From Phoronis australis (Eukaryota; Animalia; Phoronida): a DNA stretch of 64,000 nucleotides. The notes under the pieces were generated by a model. It did no database searches. It saw only the letters and a program-made list of their open reading frames with translations, and was not told the origin of the DNA. Below are positions 1 through 13,776 of this stretch, piece by piece. The stretch lies in contig NMRA01000029.1 of assembly GCA_002633005.1 (NCBI GenBank), positions 353,707 through 417,706 of the forward strand. The letters run 5' to 3'. A program made the translations under genes and the position numbers. The stretch's first letter is position 1. Each line of letters starts with the position of its first letter.

Positions 1-43
1 GTGGTAAGGATTGAATTTGAACTTTAACAATTTTCTATTTCAG

Positions 44-1176
44 AATGCTCAAGCCTGATCCGCCATCTTCTCACAGTCTCGCCCAAGTCACGTGCCACGC
101 TCAAGGACATTTGCAATCACTGGTGGACGAATTTGCACCATCAGAGTTCACCAATCGAATCGCCAATCCATGTTGACTCCGCCTTCGAGGAGGATCAGTT
201 TGACGGACAGCACTTCACATTTGGCTCCGATTCAGATTTGGAACCGGGCCAAAAGACACCAGTCTCTGCTGCCAAGCGTGAGAACCGAACGAGTGATTTC
301 TATGAGGACGAAATCGTCGCAGCACAATTGGCCATTAGTGCCGCCCTGGCCAAATGCAATATCTCTAGCAACAGGACAGTTGTGCCCTCTAGTGGCGACC
401 AATTGAAGGACTCTACTGGCAGCAATAATCATCACTGGTCTACTCAGGAGGCTGCGCAGCCTTGTAGTAAGGCGAGTGACAAAATATTTGACTCTGAAAA
501 GAAACCTAAAAAGAGCATATTGAAAAATAAAGGACGCTACTCTGGCGGTGACAGCGGCTGCGTTCTGTCGTCAAAAGTCCGAGCTGAAGCGCAGCTTGAT
601 GACGACAGCACGTATTGTTTGAGTGACATTGAGAAAATTCTCAACCCGTCATCGCCATCTGAGCAGCAGAGGCGAGATTCTGGTGTGGAGTCTTCGTCGT
701 CGGATCCGAGCACACCCATTGGTGATCTCAGCACAGCGGTGTGTGAGGCTGCGGCAAATACTGCAGTTGTGAAACGACGTGGCATACTGAAGAAAAATAG
801 CCGATACGAAAATAGCCGATACTCTACGGACAGTGACTTGGTGTCGAAACGCTACAGCATCGGCAGCCTGAGCTCAAACTCGTCCGGTGATATTTTAGAC
901 TTTTCCTACAATTCTAGCGATGGAGAGCAATACATGGGGGAAGCGAGGTATTATTTGCCGCCTGAACAACAGCATGTCTACTACAACGATTGTGCAAAGC
1001 AATGCTATAGCGTCAATGTCTTCGGCGACAGTCGAGACAAGATCGCAAGCAAAATCGACATGTTAGACCATAGTTTAGACTCAACACCCAAACAAAGTTA
1101 CGATGGTCTAGCTTACACCTTTGATCAGCGTGAGGGAAAATGCGTATTCGAAAAAGCTCTAAAGCTGTGCCAGTGA
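44..1176 (+). CDS. NUAK: Terminal coding exon of a NUAK-family (AMPK-related) Ser/Thr kinase: end of kinase domain plus C-terminal tail
   Basis: Acceptor ttttctatttcag ends at 43. The frame reads CSSLIRHLLTVSPKSRATLKDICNHWWTNL (kinase subdomain XI; cf. human NUAK1 [26 protein letters not shown]). It has SILK and GILK motifs and a DSGVES motif, and ends VFEKALKLCQ* (cf. NUAK1 VYKQALEICSKLN). Confidence 0.88.
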
Positions 1177-1867
1177 CGTTATTGTAATTGCTTTGGTTTC
1201 GACTCCAGGTGTCCTTCTTTTTTGATTAGTCTCATTTTCAAAACTTTCGACTGAGTTAATCCTTGAAGAACACTTGGGGTGCTTGTTTGTTCACGCATGT
1301 TAATCGTTCATGTAAAACTTGATTTTTTCTCTCCAAGGACGAGTCTTCCAGATTCTAGAATTGTAGGAAGATTAACAGCTGTCACATGATCGTGTCAGCA
1401 TTTTCGCATTCCAACAAAATCTGGTTTCCTGACCAGGGTGCTACATTCAAAATGGCTTCCAGGTATATTTGAAATGCCATTGATAGGAAAGATATTATTT
1501 TTGTATTACTGTAAACCGATGATTGTGAAATCAAAATGATTCGCAAAAAATGCCAAAGACTCGAGTGTCATATTAGCTCTCTGTGAAGCAATATCTCTAT
1601 AGCGATGGTTTATGTCTTTAGTGTGTGAGTGGGATTTTGCAAGACACTTCCCATATTGTTAGGTGGCTAATGTCACACTTTTAGAATGAGAGTAGAAAGT
1701 GGAATTTTTAGGTTTTAGTACTCTGTTGCATACCAACGTGGAGAAGTTGACGCGCTTCCATATTTGGAATGCGCAATGTTATGGTTGGCCATTTGGGCCA
1801 TGCAAAGGTAGTCAGAAATCAAGATTTCAAACGCATTGCTCTAGTCATTTAAGTATTTGAGTTGTAG

Positions 1868-1954
1868 GTCACTTAGTGTGACTTGTACGTCACTTAGTGT
1901 GACTTGTGTACGTCACTTAGTGTGACTTGTGTATGTCACTTAGTGTGACTTGTA
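1868..1954 (+). repeat. Four tandem 21-23 bp units GTCACTTAGTGTGACTTGT(GT)AC in the probable NUAK 3' UTR
   Basis: Read directly; each unit contains the inverted repeat GTCAC-N5-GTGAC. Confidence 0.9.
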
Positions 1955-4861
1955 GTGGATTCTTTGTAGGTAACTCATGCTAAAGTAAATTGACACTTTT
2001 GGAAATGGATCTCTGTTATTGTTACCATACCTCTGCAGCTGCCTATCTCTATGGTAACCATCTATGAGTGACAGTATTTATGTTTTGTATCTGCTCACTG
2101 GACATCACTTACTTTTAGTGTTCATTTGGTTACAATACTGATGTTATTTTTTCATTAATTTATTACCCATGTAAAGCCAGACGGGAGCTAGCCGTTTGTC
2201 GTATAGATTGCTCTCAACCATTGTGGCGTTGTGTTTTCAATTTTCATCATTTCGGTGTAAGTTAAAAACAAGCTCCCTATCTGTTTTTTACAAAAAGTTC
2301 ACTGCTGTGACAAATTCTGTGGAGTTCATTTTTACCTGTAAATTGTGGTGATCAAGCTAGAAGTTACTCGACTCCTGACTGCCAATATGAGGTGACTAAA
2401 AGGGGTCAGGTGTTATGACAGATTAAGGCACTGGTTCCCTGTTATGATAACTGTTTTGAATATGTGAGAGTTTGATAAATAAAATGTTTGAACTATATTA
2501 CATGTTCTTCTGGTTTTGTATAGTTGGTCAACATTTATTGTTTGCATCACACAGAAAGTACAACCATCACCGTTCCAACAGTCCATCTCAACTTTGGGCC
2601 TCGCAAAGTGGACAAAGGCATTGTTTACATAACAGTCCACTGACCTGTTGGAGCAGGCTTCCTTTAAAAAACAACTTATGCTGGTCGCTAGCACAACAAT
2701 ATGCAAATTTTTTTTTTGGTCAATAATTATTGCTGCCTATTCAAACTAAATTTCAGTGGTATAGTGACTAAAAGGAAATTCTCTGCAACTGAAATGTTAA
2801 AAAAACCATCTTTGATACTCATTTTACTCACAAAAAGTAAACAAGGTCAAGTTACTTTTCAAACAGGTACCTCTAACAGTAGATGCAGCCTGTACTTAAA
2901 TATCTCGTACATGAACATGGACAAATTACCCGGTCGTTTGTGGGTCGGGGAAATCCTAAATGTACATTTTAAAGTTTCGTAATTATTCATCTCAAAAAGA
3001 GAAATTAAATGCACATGTACAGTGTCATAAACCTAGGCCTAATGTGGGTTGCTCGACAAAAACATATGAACCTAGTTACCACAGCCTGTCAAGCTATTAC
3101 TTAGAGATTTTTAAAAACATGATATTAAATTTATGTTCCAGTATTTTAAGAAATAGGTGACCGGGTAAATGAAACGTTTGAACTTAGCAACTGTTGCAGT
3201 TCCTCAGGAGGCGCAAAGAGCTCACTTCACATAGTAATACGTTTTTGGAAGATCGATGAATCGTTTGAATAAAAACTTTCGGTTCCATAAGGTAATTAAA
3301 GAATTCTAGAGAGAATTAAGTGAGCATAACACGCGTGAATGCGGTTTTATGTCGGATGTTGCGGTTAGGTAGTTATTGATGTAACCAAGAAACACGCGCC
3401 TTTCATTTCTTCAGAAATATTCACCAGATGTCGTTCGGCGGAAAACAGATGTCCTCGCAGCAATGTCTGCGATTCATTCCAACTGGCCCAGCTTTTGACA
3501 CGATTGAAACGAAATGAAACACCTGGATTCAGTTACGCTGACTTGTTTTCAGGTTTGTTCATACAAGCAACTCTAACTGCTTTTTATATATTTCATGTTG
3601 TATTACAAGAGAGGATTGTTATTTTGCGGACACCAAAACGTGTCGCGGTGGATTTTTAAGGATGTTGACGTAATGTATGACGTCATAGATAAGGGTTGTG
3701 TATTAAGCCAAATATCTGTAAAAGTACATTTTTACTAAAAGTAAAAAGTCCTTAGAGCTTGATTGCTGCTTATTTCAACTGGGCCATTAATTAGGTCGTG
3801 TGACCATGTCTATTAGGAAAAATTCACCAAAAAGAAAGGTACATTGATAGCAAAACGACGGTATCAACAACATGACCAAAATTTCACACGACATAAATGT
3901 TCAAAATGAAATCTTAAAAACGCTGGTACAGTTTTCTAAATTATCATTATTTTTTCGTTTTATGCAACCTTAGATTGTTTTTTTCATGAAAAAATGATTG
4001 AAATTCTACATTTTGATAGCCCTCGTGCAACAGTGGAAAGTTTTATAAACAATTCCAAATATTTTTGCGCAGATAGAAGAATCTGAAATTTCCATTTGAA
4101 TTTAATGAGCCGTTTCTGAGATACGACAATCTGATTTTAGTCATAGTTATACATTTTCCACCCTTAAATGTTAGGGCCGTGTCCAAAGTTCTCTATATGA
4201 CGATATAATACTTCGTTGAAGTTCATTTGTACATCTCTGCATTTCAGTCAACGGCAGGTGATATTTCGGATAACGAGGAAAACGTGCCAAGTATAATTTC
4301 CGGTTGTATGATTTGTAGTGAAAGTCCTCTGCTTATGACGACTTACTGGTCAATGTAGGTGAAGCCACGAACGGTTTGCCACTCAGTGTGATGTAAAATT
4401 CTAAAATGACTTGCCACCGCTCTGTTTATCCAAAATGCAAGTTAGAAACCAGGTTACTTATCCGAACAAAATGTGCCTCGGAGACTTATATATAATTCAT
4501 GCCGGGGGGTCTCGGGGGGCTCAAATGAGCCCCCCATTTGGCGAAATGGGCACAAAGGTCCGCAACAAGAGACAAAAAGTCCTAGAAAATGGGACAAAAG
4601 TCTACTAAATATGCGCACTTCACAGTGGTGCTCGTTTTTTTTTAGTCCACCCGCTCTTTCGTTAGCAATAGGTTCACAACGTCGGGAATTCGAGGCCCCC
4701 ATATTGAAGGCTGGGATATTAAATGAATCCCGACCTCAAACACGCATAATCCACGGAATAGTCCAGCAAAAAGTGCCTAAGTGTCATTGATTTTGAGTGG
4801 GTCGACAAACTCTCGCGAGATTGGCAGGTGATTTCTATTCTCAGTTCATTAACTGTGATCC

Positions 4862-4989
4862 CATGGGCGGATCCAGGGGGGTCAAGGGGGTCCGGACCCC
4901 CTTTCTCCCCTTAATTTTTGTGACATCAAATCTTTTTCAAATTGTTGACTTGGACCCCCCTTTTTAGAAAATCCTGGATCCACCCCTGG
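4862..4989. mobile_element. Short GC-rich MITE-like element (GGCGGATCCAGG...CCTGGATCCACCCCTG family)
   Basis: Terminal inverted repeats. Related copies at ~13988-14861 (spans an N gap), ~54376-54532, and degenerate ones near 11960-12088 and 20955-21079. Confidence 0.6.
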
Positions 4990-5113
4990 ATTATAAGACG
5001 GTAGGTAATCTAGATGATTCCGGATTTCCATGTGCACACGCGTGTGACTTAAGTGGGGAAGAAATGTCATTTTTAGACAAAAGCAGTTTTGAAAAAAGTT
5101 ATTTCACGAGCTT

Positions 5114-5115
<2 letters not shown>

Positions 5116-5172
<57 letters not shown>
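5116..5172 (+). repeat. (CA)n microsatellite
   Basis: Read directly. Confidence 0.97.
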
Positions 5173-5174
<2 letters not shown>

Positions 5175-5745
5175 ACACAGAGTATACTGTTCTATCAGTG
5201 AGTTGTGGATTGCCCTGGGGGTGCCGGCCCGAGTGAACTTAATGTGACCCAACATATCCGTAGATTGGCAATGTATTGCAAGTATCTATTGAAACCGAGA
5301 TTCGCCAAGTTCATGACTTGTCTAGAAAGTTCAGGTAGTCTCAAATTAATTAAATCTACTTGGGATTACGCTGAATAAATCTCAATTACGTGGATGACAA
5401 AAAGGTTTTTAAGTTCACGACCTTTGTATTTAACACCCCCGGGCGATTGTCGCTTGACCGTCTCGCTCAGAGTCATAGAACAACGCGTGCTGGGCGCAGT
5501 CACTTGACGGGGTCTAAATATCTAGGAAGCATTAACATTTACATGTAGATCACAATTGAAACTATGTGCCGAGATATCGTATAGTAAACCCCCCCCCTTC
5601 TTTCTTTCTAAAAGTTGAAGTGAATACTTTAGAAAAGTTTTTAATAAGTCGTGTAATTCGTTAATTATTTTTAAAACTGTGACGTCAGTTCTTTTGGAAA
5701 GAAAGAATCCCATTTCGAAACACGAGAAGTTGAAGAAAGAGTGAT

Positions 5746-5870
5746 CTTAATTTTACCATGGCACAGTGGTAACTGTCTGGAGTTAGGACTTAATTTTACC
5801 ATGGCACAGTGGTAACTGTATGGAGTTAGGATTTTACCATGGCACAGTGGTAACTGTCTGGAGTTAGGAC
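5746..5870 (+). repeat. Three ~40 bp tandem units (ATTTTACCATGGCACAGTGGTAACTGTCTGGAGTTAGGA)
   Basis: Read directly. Confidence 0.9.
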
Positions 5871-8706
5871 GACAGTGGGTTTTTCTAAGTACGTCGCTCA
5901 TTTTCAAATTGTTGTTTGTTTCACGTTTTATTTCCTTTTGTCTGGAATATTTTAACTTGACACCAAATTCATTATACTTCTCACTTTCTATCATTGTGAA
6001 GTTTCGCTTCGTATTACTGGTTTCTAAGCTTTTGTATCGGCAGAATATTGAGAAGGGAACGTCCAGTCAACAGCAGCTCATAGCGCCGTTCCCGGAGGGT
6101 GGGATACTAGAAGAAGTAAACGCGAAACTGAGCGCTCAGAAGAGAAGGGTCACTTATTCACGAACATTTCCCTACCGGCGAAAGGATGCCTTGTCTAACA
6201 CATTTCACTAGAAAAGGTTGCCTTTTCTGACAAAATTTCGTACAAACGAGGTCACTTTGGGTGTTTGATACTCTACACTAGGTATCCATTTCTACTAAAT
6301 AAATCTACTTAAGGATTTTATTATTCTCTGTATTTTAAAAACTTTGGTTCCAACAACATGACATCGACTGTTGTTTCAGGCGTGATAAATCAAACATTCC
6401 TATGAAAGCGTTAGGTTCACGGAATGAACTCCCAGGGAACTTTTTCATGAGGAAGTTCCCTATAAATGGGTTATTTTCATTCAATATGGGTGGTTATTCT
6501 AATTTTCGGGCAGCAACCCCCCCCCCCCCCTTATACGCGCGAATAGTGTCCTGCCTAAGTGTTTATTCGGATTGGCAGACAGCAATGAACAATGGCGGGC
6601 TATCTACACACCACTTATGTTTTTGATGACCCCGTAATTTGAAACATTTCGCTCAGAAAATGACAAAGAATTAGTAAATACGATGATCGCTTAAGAAAGA
6701 GCATATTGCATAACAACATTTATGTAAGCTGGAGCATGCGCACAAGACCCGTTAACGATTAAATGAACGAGAAATGAAATTCGTGTAATAGTACTTAGTC
6801 TTTGTGTCTATTTAAACTTTACGTAAAATAACACTTGACGTGTTCACTGAAATGGAAATGTCTGCGCAGATTAAATAATTTAAGTCTTCGAACTGTTTTT
6901 CTCCCATATACGCTGTGGACCCGCCTCTGTAACGAGCGGTTGTATTCAGAGCTTTGTACACCCACGTTTCTGGTTCACTGTAACATGTAAAAGTCGAGAA
7001 TTCAGTTTTCAATGTCTCTTTTAGCTTTATGAATGTGTTGTAACGCGCCTTTGCAGGTGCTGAAAAATCCTGAAAAAAACAAAACGTGCTAATGCAAATA
7101 TGAAGAACTATTAGCCGCATCGTCGGTGAAACAAATTATGGCTCTTACGTAATCATCGGCAATTTCTAGGAACAACCTGCCTGGATGGACACGCTCATGC
7201 AATCGTAAGACAAATTATTGCCCGTGTTGAATTTTGTGTCACAAATTATTACGCCGTTGCAGCCACTGCGCAAGGAGATTATAGGCAACCAAGTCCATTT
7301 TCACGATTACAGTACTACTTTTTCAACTCTGCATTGAAATTCCGCGAGCTAATCAAAGGGATTTTTTGTTCCCCACAACATTAATACGACATAAAACAAC
7401 TAAAACGTGAAATAAAGAACACACGGTCTCTCACGACGACGTCATGTTTAATAGTGTAAATAAAATCCAACGTTACAATAATATTGACGTCACTTGCTAA
7501 GGTAGACAAATAATGGGACAAATAAACCTCTCTGTTTTGCTTAGGTCCAACGTTTTGATATGGCCCTAGTGAGTACAAGATGTCAGAATCTGTAGTGTTG
7601 TGGCTCTAGAACGGTTTTCTTTCATTTTTTAATGCTCGTGTTCTTCGAAAAATTGTTCAACGTGGTTTACCGTTACACGTCTGGTGCCCCAACACAGGTA
7701 CATTATCTAATGCCGCCACGAGAGTGTGCTGTATGCCGATGAATCCTTCTCCTAATAACAAACAAAGGAACATCAGCAAACCTATTCTTGATGACTGCCG
7801 CCCACACAAGTTTCATTAGGCTGTCGCTAAGACCGCCTCATGTAAAAACTTTTTTTTTGATTTTGAACAGTATTTTACCTTTACAAAACTGGTCTCGATT
7901 AGTTCTTTACATAGATCATAGTTGAATTCTTGGCTCGGGATACACTCTATCACAGTGCTATGTAAGGTAGGGCCACTTTTCAGTATAGATGGCGCTATGT
8001 CAGAGGGTAGGCTTGGGAGTTTGATGGTGTATGAGCACGAGACTTGGCGGGTCAGTTTGTGTAGCGAGCGTGCTTTGGCACGTGGGACACTTTCCAATCT
8101 GTGCAAGGGCCAAAATTCAGAACAGTTCCAAAGTCTTTAGTGGTCTTAATAAAAATATCAATGGTAGTTTCTGTCGAATGATTTCAGCCTACATCATCAG
8201 ATTACCTTCTAATTCAGTGTCAGAAATCGTCCGTGAATCGCACAACATTCGTACACAAACATGTAAATTAGAAACCAATGTACCCTAGCAGCATACCAGA
8301 AGAAAAGAACCTTGACGAGACGTGGCATGGTAACACGAAAGGTGCGCACGCGCACATTTTATTAAATTGCTAGACTCTTTTTCCACTGAAATCTCTAATT
8401 CACTGTATGGAATTTTATGGCAATTCCCTAACTCGCGGCTAGCAAAACTTGACACCTTCAGTTCAATTTCTCCAAACTTCCATGTTTTTGATCGTGGGCA
8501 GCTTGTCTATTTTTACACAGTCTCGCATGTTTTGTTGTTTGGGCCTCATGTAACGATGCCACTGCTATTCTGGGTGAGCGACCCTTTAAAAAGAAAGGAT
8601 ATAACAATCACTAGAAAAAAAATGTGGACTAGGAAGCTACCACTAGCCCCCCTCCAAGGACCGAGGCCCCTAAGCAGGAAACGATATGTAATTTCAAAAA
8701 GAGGCA

Positions 8707-8976
8707 CGGGTATCGCAGGCCAAGTGCGACACAAGTCGGAATTATTGGTGTAATAATTCCCGATTTATTCCAGTAATAATTCTTTAGCCAATCAGCAGCT
8801 TGGAATAATTACTGTAATATATATTTATTAGTGGAATAAATATTAATTACACAAATAAATTTTTATTACAGTAATTATTCGTTGCTTCTGATTGCCTAAA
8901 GAATTGTTACTGGGATAAATCGCGAATTATTACTGTAATAAATAGGACTTATGTCGCACTTGCCCTACGATACACG
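8707..8976. mobile_element. ~270 bp foldback (near-palindromic) MITE-like element
   Basis: The left arm CGGGTATCGCAGGCCAAGTGCGACACAAGTC...GAATAATTACTGTAATA is the reverse complement of the right arm TATTACAGTAATTATTC...GACTTATGTCGCACTTGCCCTACGATACACG, around an AT-rich centre. Confidence 0.75.
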
Positions 8977-11257
8977 GGAAGCAACTAGTGATGTAGTGTC
9001 ATCAGCGCCCCCCCTCCCTCCGTCAGGTTCCCTATTTATTTCATAACAATTGAAATAAAAACAAGAAACCGAGAGATGATTCTATAACTCCTTGTCACAG
9101 AAGGGTCACTGGGGAAATGCAATTTTGCATTGCCTTCAGTTATCTTCTTAAATTTAAATATCTGAATCAATTTGCTCTGGATAATCTGCTTAGCTGTCAA
9201 AACTGAATTCGTAGCCGAAGCGATTAGGGGTTTATAACTTTACCACGCTCTTCCGAATGAGCCGGCTTCTCTCAAGTCACAGGAAGTGCGTCCGTGCGAA
9301 GTTTTAAGGTTGACCAAGCCCAATAAACTCTGGAACGTTTTTCTGAGTCGCTGATCGATGTTTTCGAGTCTTTTTGGCAACACGGTATGAGACCACCTTT
9401 ATGAGAGTGAAATACCTTGCAATTCGATTTTCGTTTTTTAAACGAACAGAACGAAACGCAGTTATAAATATCGTGTCACTATTTTCAATAAAAATGTTGT
9501 CATGGTCATATGAATGATAATTTTACCGTACATTCGGATCTGTCATAAACCAGTTGTAATACTGTTGTCAAGTAGATGCCTATCCGGAAGTGTGACGTTA
9601 CAACATACACGTTCACTTGATTTTATTTTTATGCAACTTTCCATCCATTTTGCCCACGCAGTAACAATTATTCTTAAAAGGAACGATACCTGTTATCAAG
9701 TGCATCGCCGCATCATTGGTAATGCAATACCAGCCTTCTCCTCACAAAAATGAATAACCCATTCCGTTTGGCACAGCGCAGATTTAACGGATTTTGATAT
9801 CAAAATACCATTTAAATGGCCATTTTCAGTTATTGAAAAACGTTACCTGCTATCAAATTTTGAGGTTTTGCTATACAATTTGCTCGTGAGGTGGCGGTAT
9901 ATCTATGACCATAATGCTTTTAGGCAAATTTAATATAAAGACACCGACATTGTTTAATGTTCGGTCACTCCCCAAAATAGATCTATCTCAGATGAACGAA
10001 TTTCTCTCTGACATCTCAGGTAAGACATTGATTTCCACCAGTAATTTCATTTTCCAAGTAATTCATCGACACAATTTCTATAAAACTGTATAAGTGGATG
10101 TTCTCTTGTGCATAAAGATTTTCTTTTTGAAATTTTAAAACGACAATAAAGATACCTGAACATTCATTCACTGATGATTATCTTTTGTGTCAGAGCGGCC
10201 ACTAACGCGTGTACCACTAAAAAATAACTGTTGAATCAGACCACATACCGCTCTACAATTGATCTTAATTTGTTTTTGACTCGAACATGAAATGGCTTCT
10301 GGGCTAGGTTGGAACTGACATTTTGTTATTCGTTGAGACCATGCTGGCCGCATAAAATAACAATGTCGTTACATGCCAACTGATTGACTCTGCACTCGAG
10401 CAATAAGACCCTGTCAGTTCATTTCAGGCCCAGAAATCGCATAAAATTTGTAAGGAACAATATTAGACGGATTTCACGAGGGTAATTATTCTAAATCAAA
10501 ATTTAGTTTTTGGGATGTAAGGCAGTTGCTCCATTTTTATAGTACATGCACGCGTTACCATGGTCAAGATGTTAGGGATTTGTGCAATGCCTGGTCTTCT
10601 GTCTTCTCGAAGTAGTACTAAAAGGCCGTCATGTCCCCAACGATTTTAAGCGAATCGCTTGTGTCTGTGTCTTTTCATAACGAAAAAATAGTCATTCAAA
10701 ATTTCTTCATAATTTCAGATCATTGGTAATAGGGAGATACTTGACAGTTTGGAATAACATGAAAAAATGATCATAATCGGTTTTACGTCCGCAAAACGCA
10801 TTTTGGGGGATTCTTGTTGATCAGAGCTGTTAAACACCAAAATGCACTGTTTTTGTGACTTTATTACAAATCTTTTATTCTCGCCGTCGTCTGCCAGACA
10901 TGCAATGGAGTCGAGGCTGGTGATTTTGCCTCTTTAATAGTGTGCCTACATCACTAGGAGACAGCAACCGTGGGGGGGNGCTGAGACTGATCTCAAAGAT
11001 CACTTATCTCGCCGGTAATGACGCTTTAAACAAGCTACGTAAGGCAAGTTTCTTGCAAGATGGCACAAGACTTCTTAAGATTCCGCTTTGCATTGCGGGC
11101 AAGCCAAGCACGTGATCTCAATGAATGTTATCTTGCGTTGCGGAACAAGCCGGAGATTTCGGATGATCGTCATTTGACATTTATATCGACATTTCATGAT
11201 TATACTGTGTTAATGTCCATCACAAATGGTTTCTCGTTTTCTTTTCAGCTCTAAATC

Positions 11258-11309
11258 ATGAAGTGGATATTTTTGACAATATTGATAGTCGGGACTTCCT
11301 GTCATCCGG
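11258..11309 (+). CDS. Signal-peptide exon of a small secreted chitin-binding-like protein
   Basis: Acceptor ttttcttttcag ends at 11248. ATG at 11258 gives MKWIFLTILIVGTSCHP, followed by donor G|gtgagt (phase 1) that matches the exon at 13337. Confidence 0.75.
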
Positions 11310-13336
11310 GTGAGTTGGGACGGTACACATTTGTCTGGAACACTTGTCCGAAATTCCAAGCTTTCATATTTGGTGTTTCAGTCGTTGAAAGTCTGATAAC
11401 AACGAAGACGGTTTTGGAGATATCGCTGAAACGTGCCACTTGACGTTTAATACCTCCCCTAAGATAAAGAAGTCGATTCTCTTTATGTTATGAAAAAATG
11501 GTTCTTGTGGTTGGAAGTGAGCGCTCTTTCCCCGTAGCCGTCGAATAACTCTCCCGTTGCCTACGGCAAAGTCTCTCACACAACATTTAGGACATAGCAT
11601 GGCCGACAAGTGAAATTTTATTTTATCATTTTTCCATGCAACATAAGCAGTTCATTAAATGTGCTTCCATGTTTTGTACCATATCTATTAAAAGGTTTTT
11701 GAAAATGAAAAAAAAAATATTTCGGAAATTGTTTTTGTCCGAAATTGATGAGATTTTAAATTATTTTTGTTTATTTAATAACTAAAATTCAAAGTAGGAA
11801 AAATGATGGCAAATATGTACAACACATCCGCAACACCTCTGGAAATTTTAAAACCTCAAAACGAGGCTATGAAAATGCGCCAGATGTTCTGAATGCACTT
11901 GTTTTTGTCCCCGAGTCGAGATGATAAACGTAAACGAAACCACGCCAGTGACGCATTTGCAGGGGCTAAGGGGTGTAAGCCTCCTCCTCGAGAGGAGTGA
12001 ACAAAGAAAAAAAATAAATAAACCCTTGGTACAAAAAAGGCAGTGCTGGTAAAGTAAATTCCCTCCCTGGAATTGGAGATCCGCCCTTGACCCTGCCAGT
12101 TCTTTGAAGTCGACTTAACTTAGATTTCAACCATCAATAGGTAAATCAAAGTGTTTACGCGCAAAACCGTAAATGTACTTAAAATGCGTAACACACATTG
12201 TGATAACAGGTGCGTTTCAAAATATGTTGTGAAGCTTTTTATTGCTAAACCGATGCATTTCACCACTTCACGAAAGATTCAATAACAACGATAAATAGAA
12301 ATTTCATTAACAAGAAAAGCACATTAATACTTTCGATAAGACCACGACGCATTACAGAATGGACGCCGGGTGTGCACAAAACGGTGAAATACATCATGCA
12401 AGATCAGAAGCATTGTAAATGTTCGTCATATGCCCATGGGCGGATATTCGAAAAACGACCTTTCAAAAAACGTCAACAGAAACTGAATATACGCCTATTT
12501 TCGGAAAGGAAGTCGAGGCGTATTTTTGGGAACTGTGTAATTAAACCTGCCCTACATACTGTGCTAATACAGTTAGTTACCAACAAAGTCACCAAATATC
12601 TCGTTAAATCATAGTCATTTGAGCGGAATCAACAGAGTTTTATACAAAATAAATATGTTACATACTTATTTCAGAGCAAACCATCCAATTTCCAAAACAT
12701 GCAAGCAGTTACCGAAAATACGCCCATGGGCGTACATTCGGGAATTTTCCAAAAATACGCCCATGGGTGTACTTTTGGAGGGGGGGGGGTATTTACAGAA
12801 ATTCCCGTTAACTGCGTACCGAGCACCCCAAATACCATATGAAGTGGTTGAAATTATTAAATGGAAACTCTTTCAATGTTTCAGTTTCCGGAAGATCAGT
12901 TAGGAGCCTATCAGTAAAGTTGTATCGCTACTGGCTTGTAAGCCGTGATTTATTGGACTGGATACTGAATTTTAAACCCATCGATTTAGGTAAGTAATAG
13001 TTTTACTTAACCCTTATAACCAAAACCATTATAAACGTTTGTTTAGTTCCGTACGTGTTCGAACGGAACTCCTTAAAAATTTTCAGCTTGTACATGCACG
13101 CACCCAGCCTTTAATACGGGGTGCTCGAATATCCGACGATGTGGACTTTTACCAACAAAAAAGCGTTTATTTTGGTTTAAATATTAATAAAATTAAAATT
13201 CTCTGTTCCGCCACGTTGTGCGCTGAATTGAAGAAACTCTTCCGTATCAGATTGCCATTGCGTACATCACAGCCATTTTGGTAATCACTGGCAATTTCTC
13301 ACAACTTTCTGTTGCTCTGTTGCTGAATATTTTCAG

Positions 13337-13776
13337 ATGGCAATAGTTGCAACGGTCTTAGCGACATCTATCGGGCAATGGCGGTAAATAGAAGAAACTG
13401 CTCTGGTTTCCAGCGTGAAAACTCCCTAGGTCTTGTTCAGGGTCTGGACATTTGTCCCGAGAACACATTATTCGACTTGAGAACGTGCGTGTGTGCTCCT
13501 AAAATGACTATAGATGTCACCACATGTCGATCGAGAGAAACTGACAATCCAAACTATCTTGCAACAACCGAAGGAGTACCGAGAACGAAGAAGCCAGGAA
13601 GGCACGACTTTATAGTGCCAACCAACATGTCTGGAGTTATTGGCGGAGTACCCCGGAGGAAACCGGGCTCTCGATTCATTGTACCAGCAAACTCGTCTGA
13701 AGATATTCATGGTGTACCGATTGGAGAGAATCGCAATTTTTTTGCAACGACAAATGTCACTAACGGTGGTCTGTAA
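13337..13776 (+). CDS. Terminal exon: chitin-binding type-2 (CBM14/peritrophin-A)-like Cys domain plus three imperfect ~23-aa repeats
   Basis: Acceptor attttcag with a phase-1 join gives DGNSCNGLSDIYRAMAVNRRNCSGFQRE...CPENTLFDLRTCVCAPKMTIDVTTC. The CP-x-x-TLFD-x3-C-x-C pattern is typical of invertebrate ChtBD2 variants. AATAAA lies near 13924. Confidence 0.7.

Noticed and set aside
92-785. Overlapping alternative-frame and antisense ORFs in the NUAK exon
   Set aside because: Shadow ORFs of a real coding exon.
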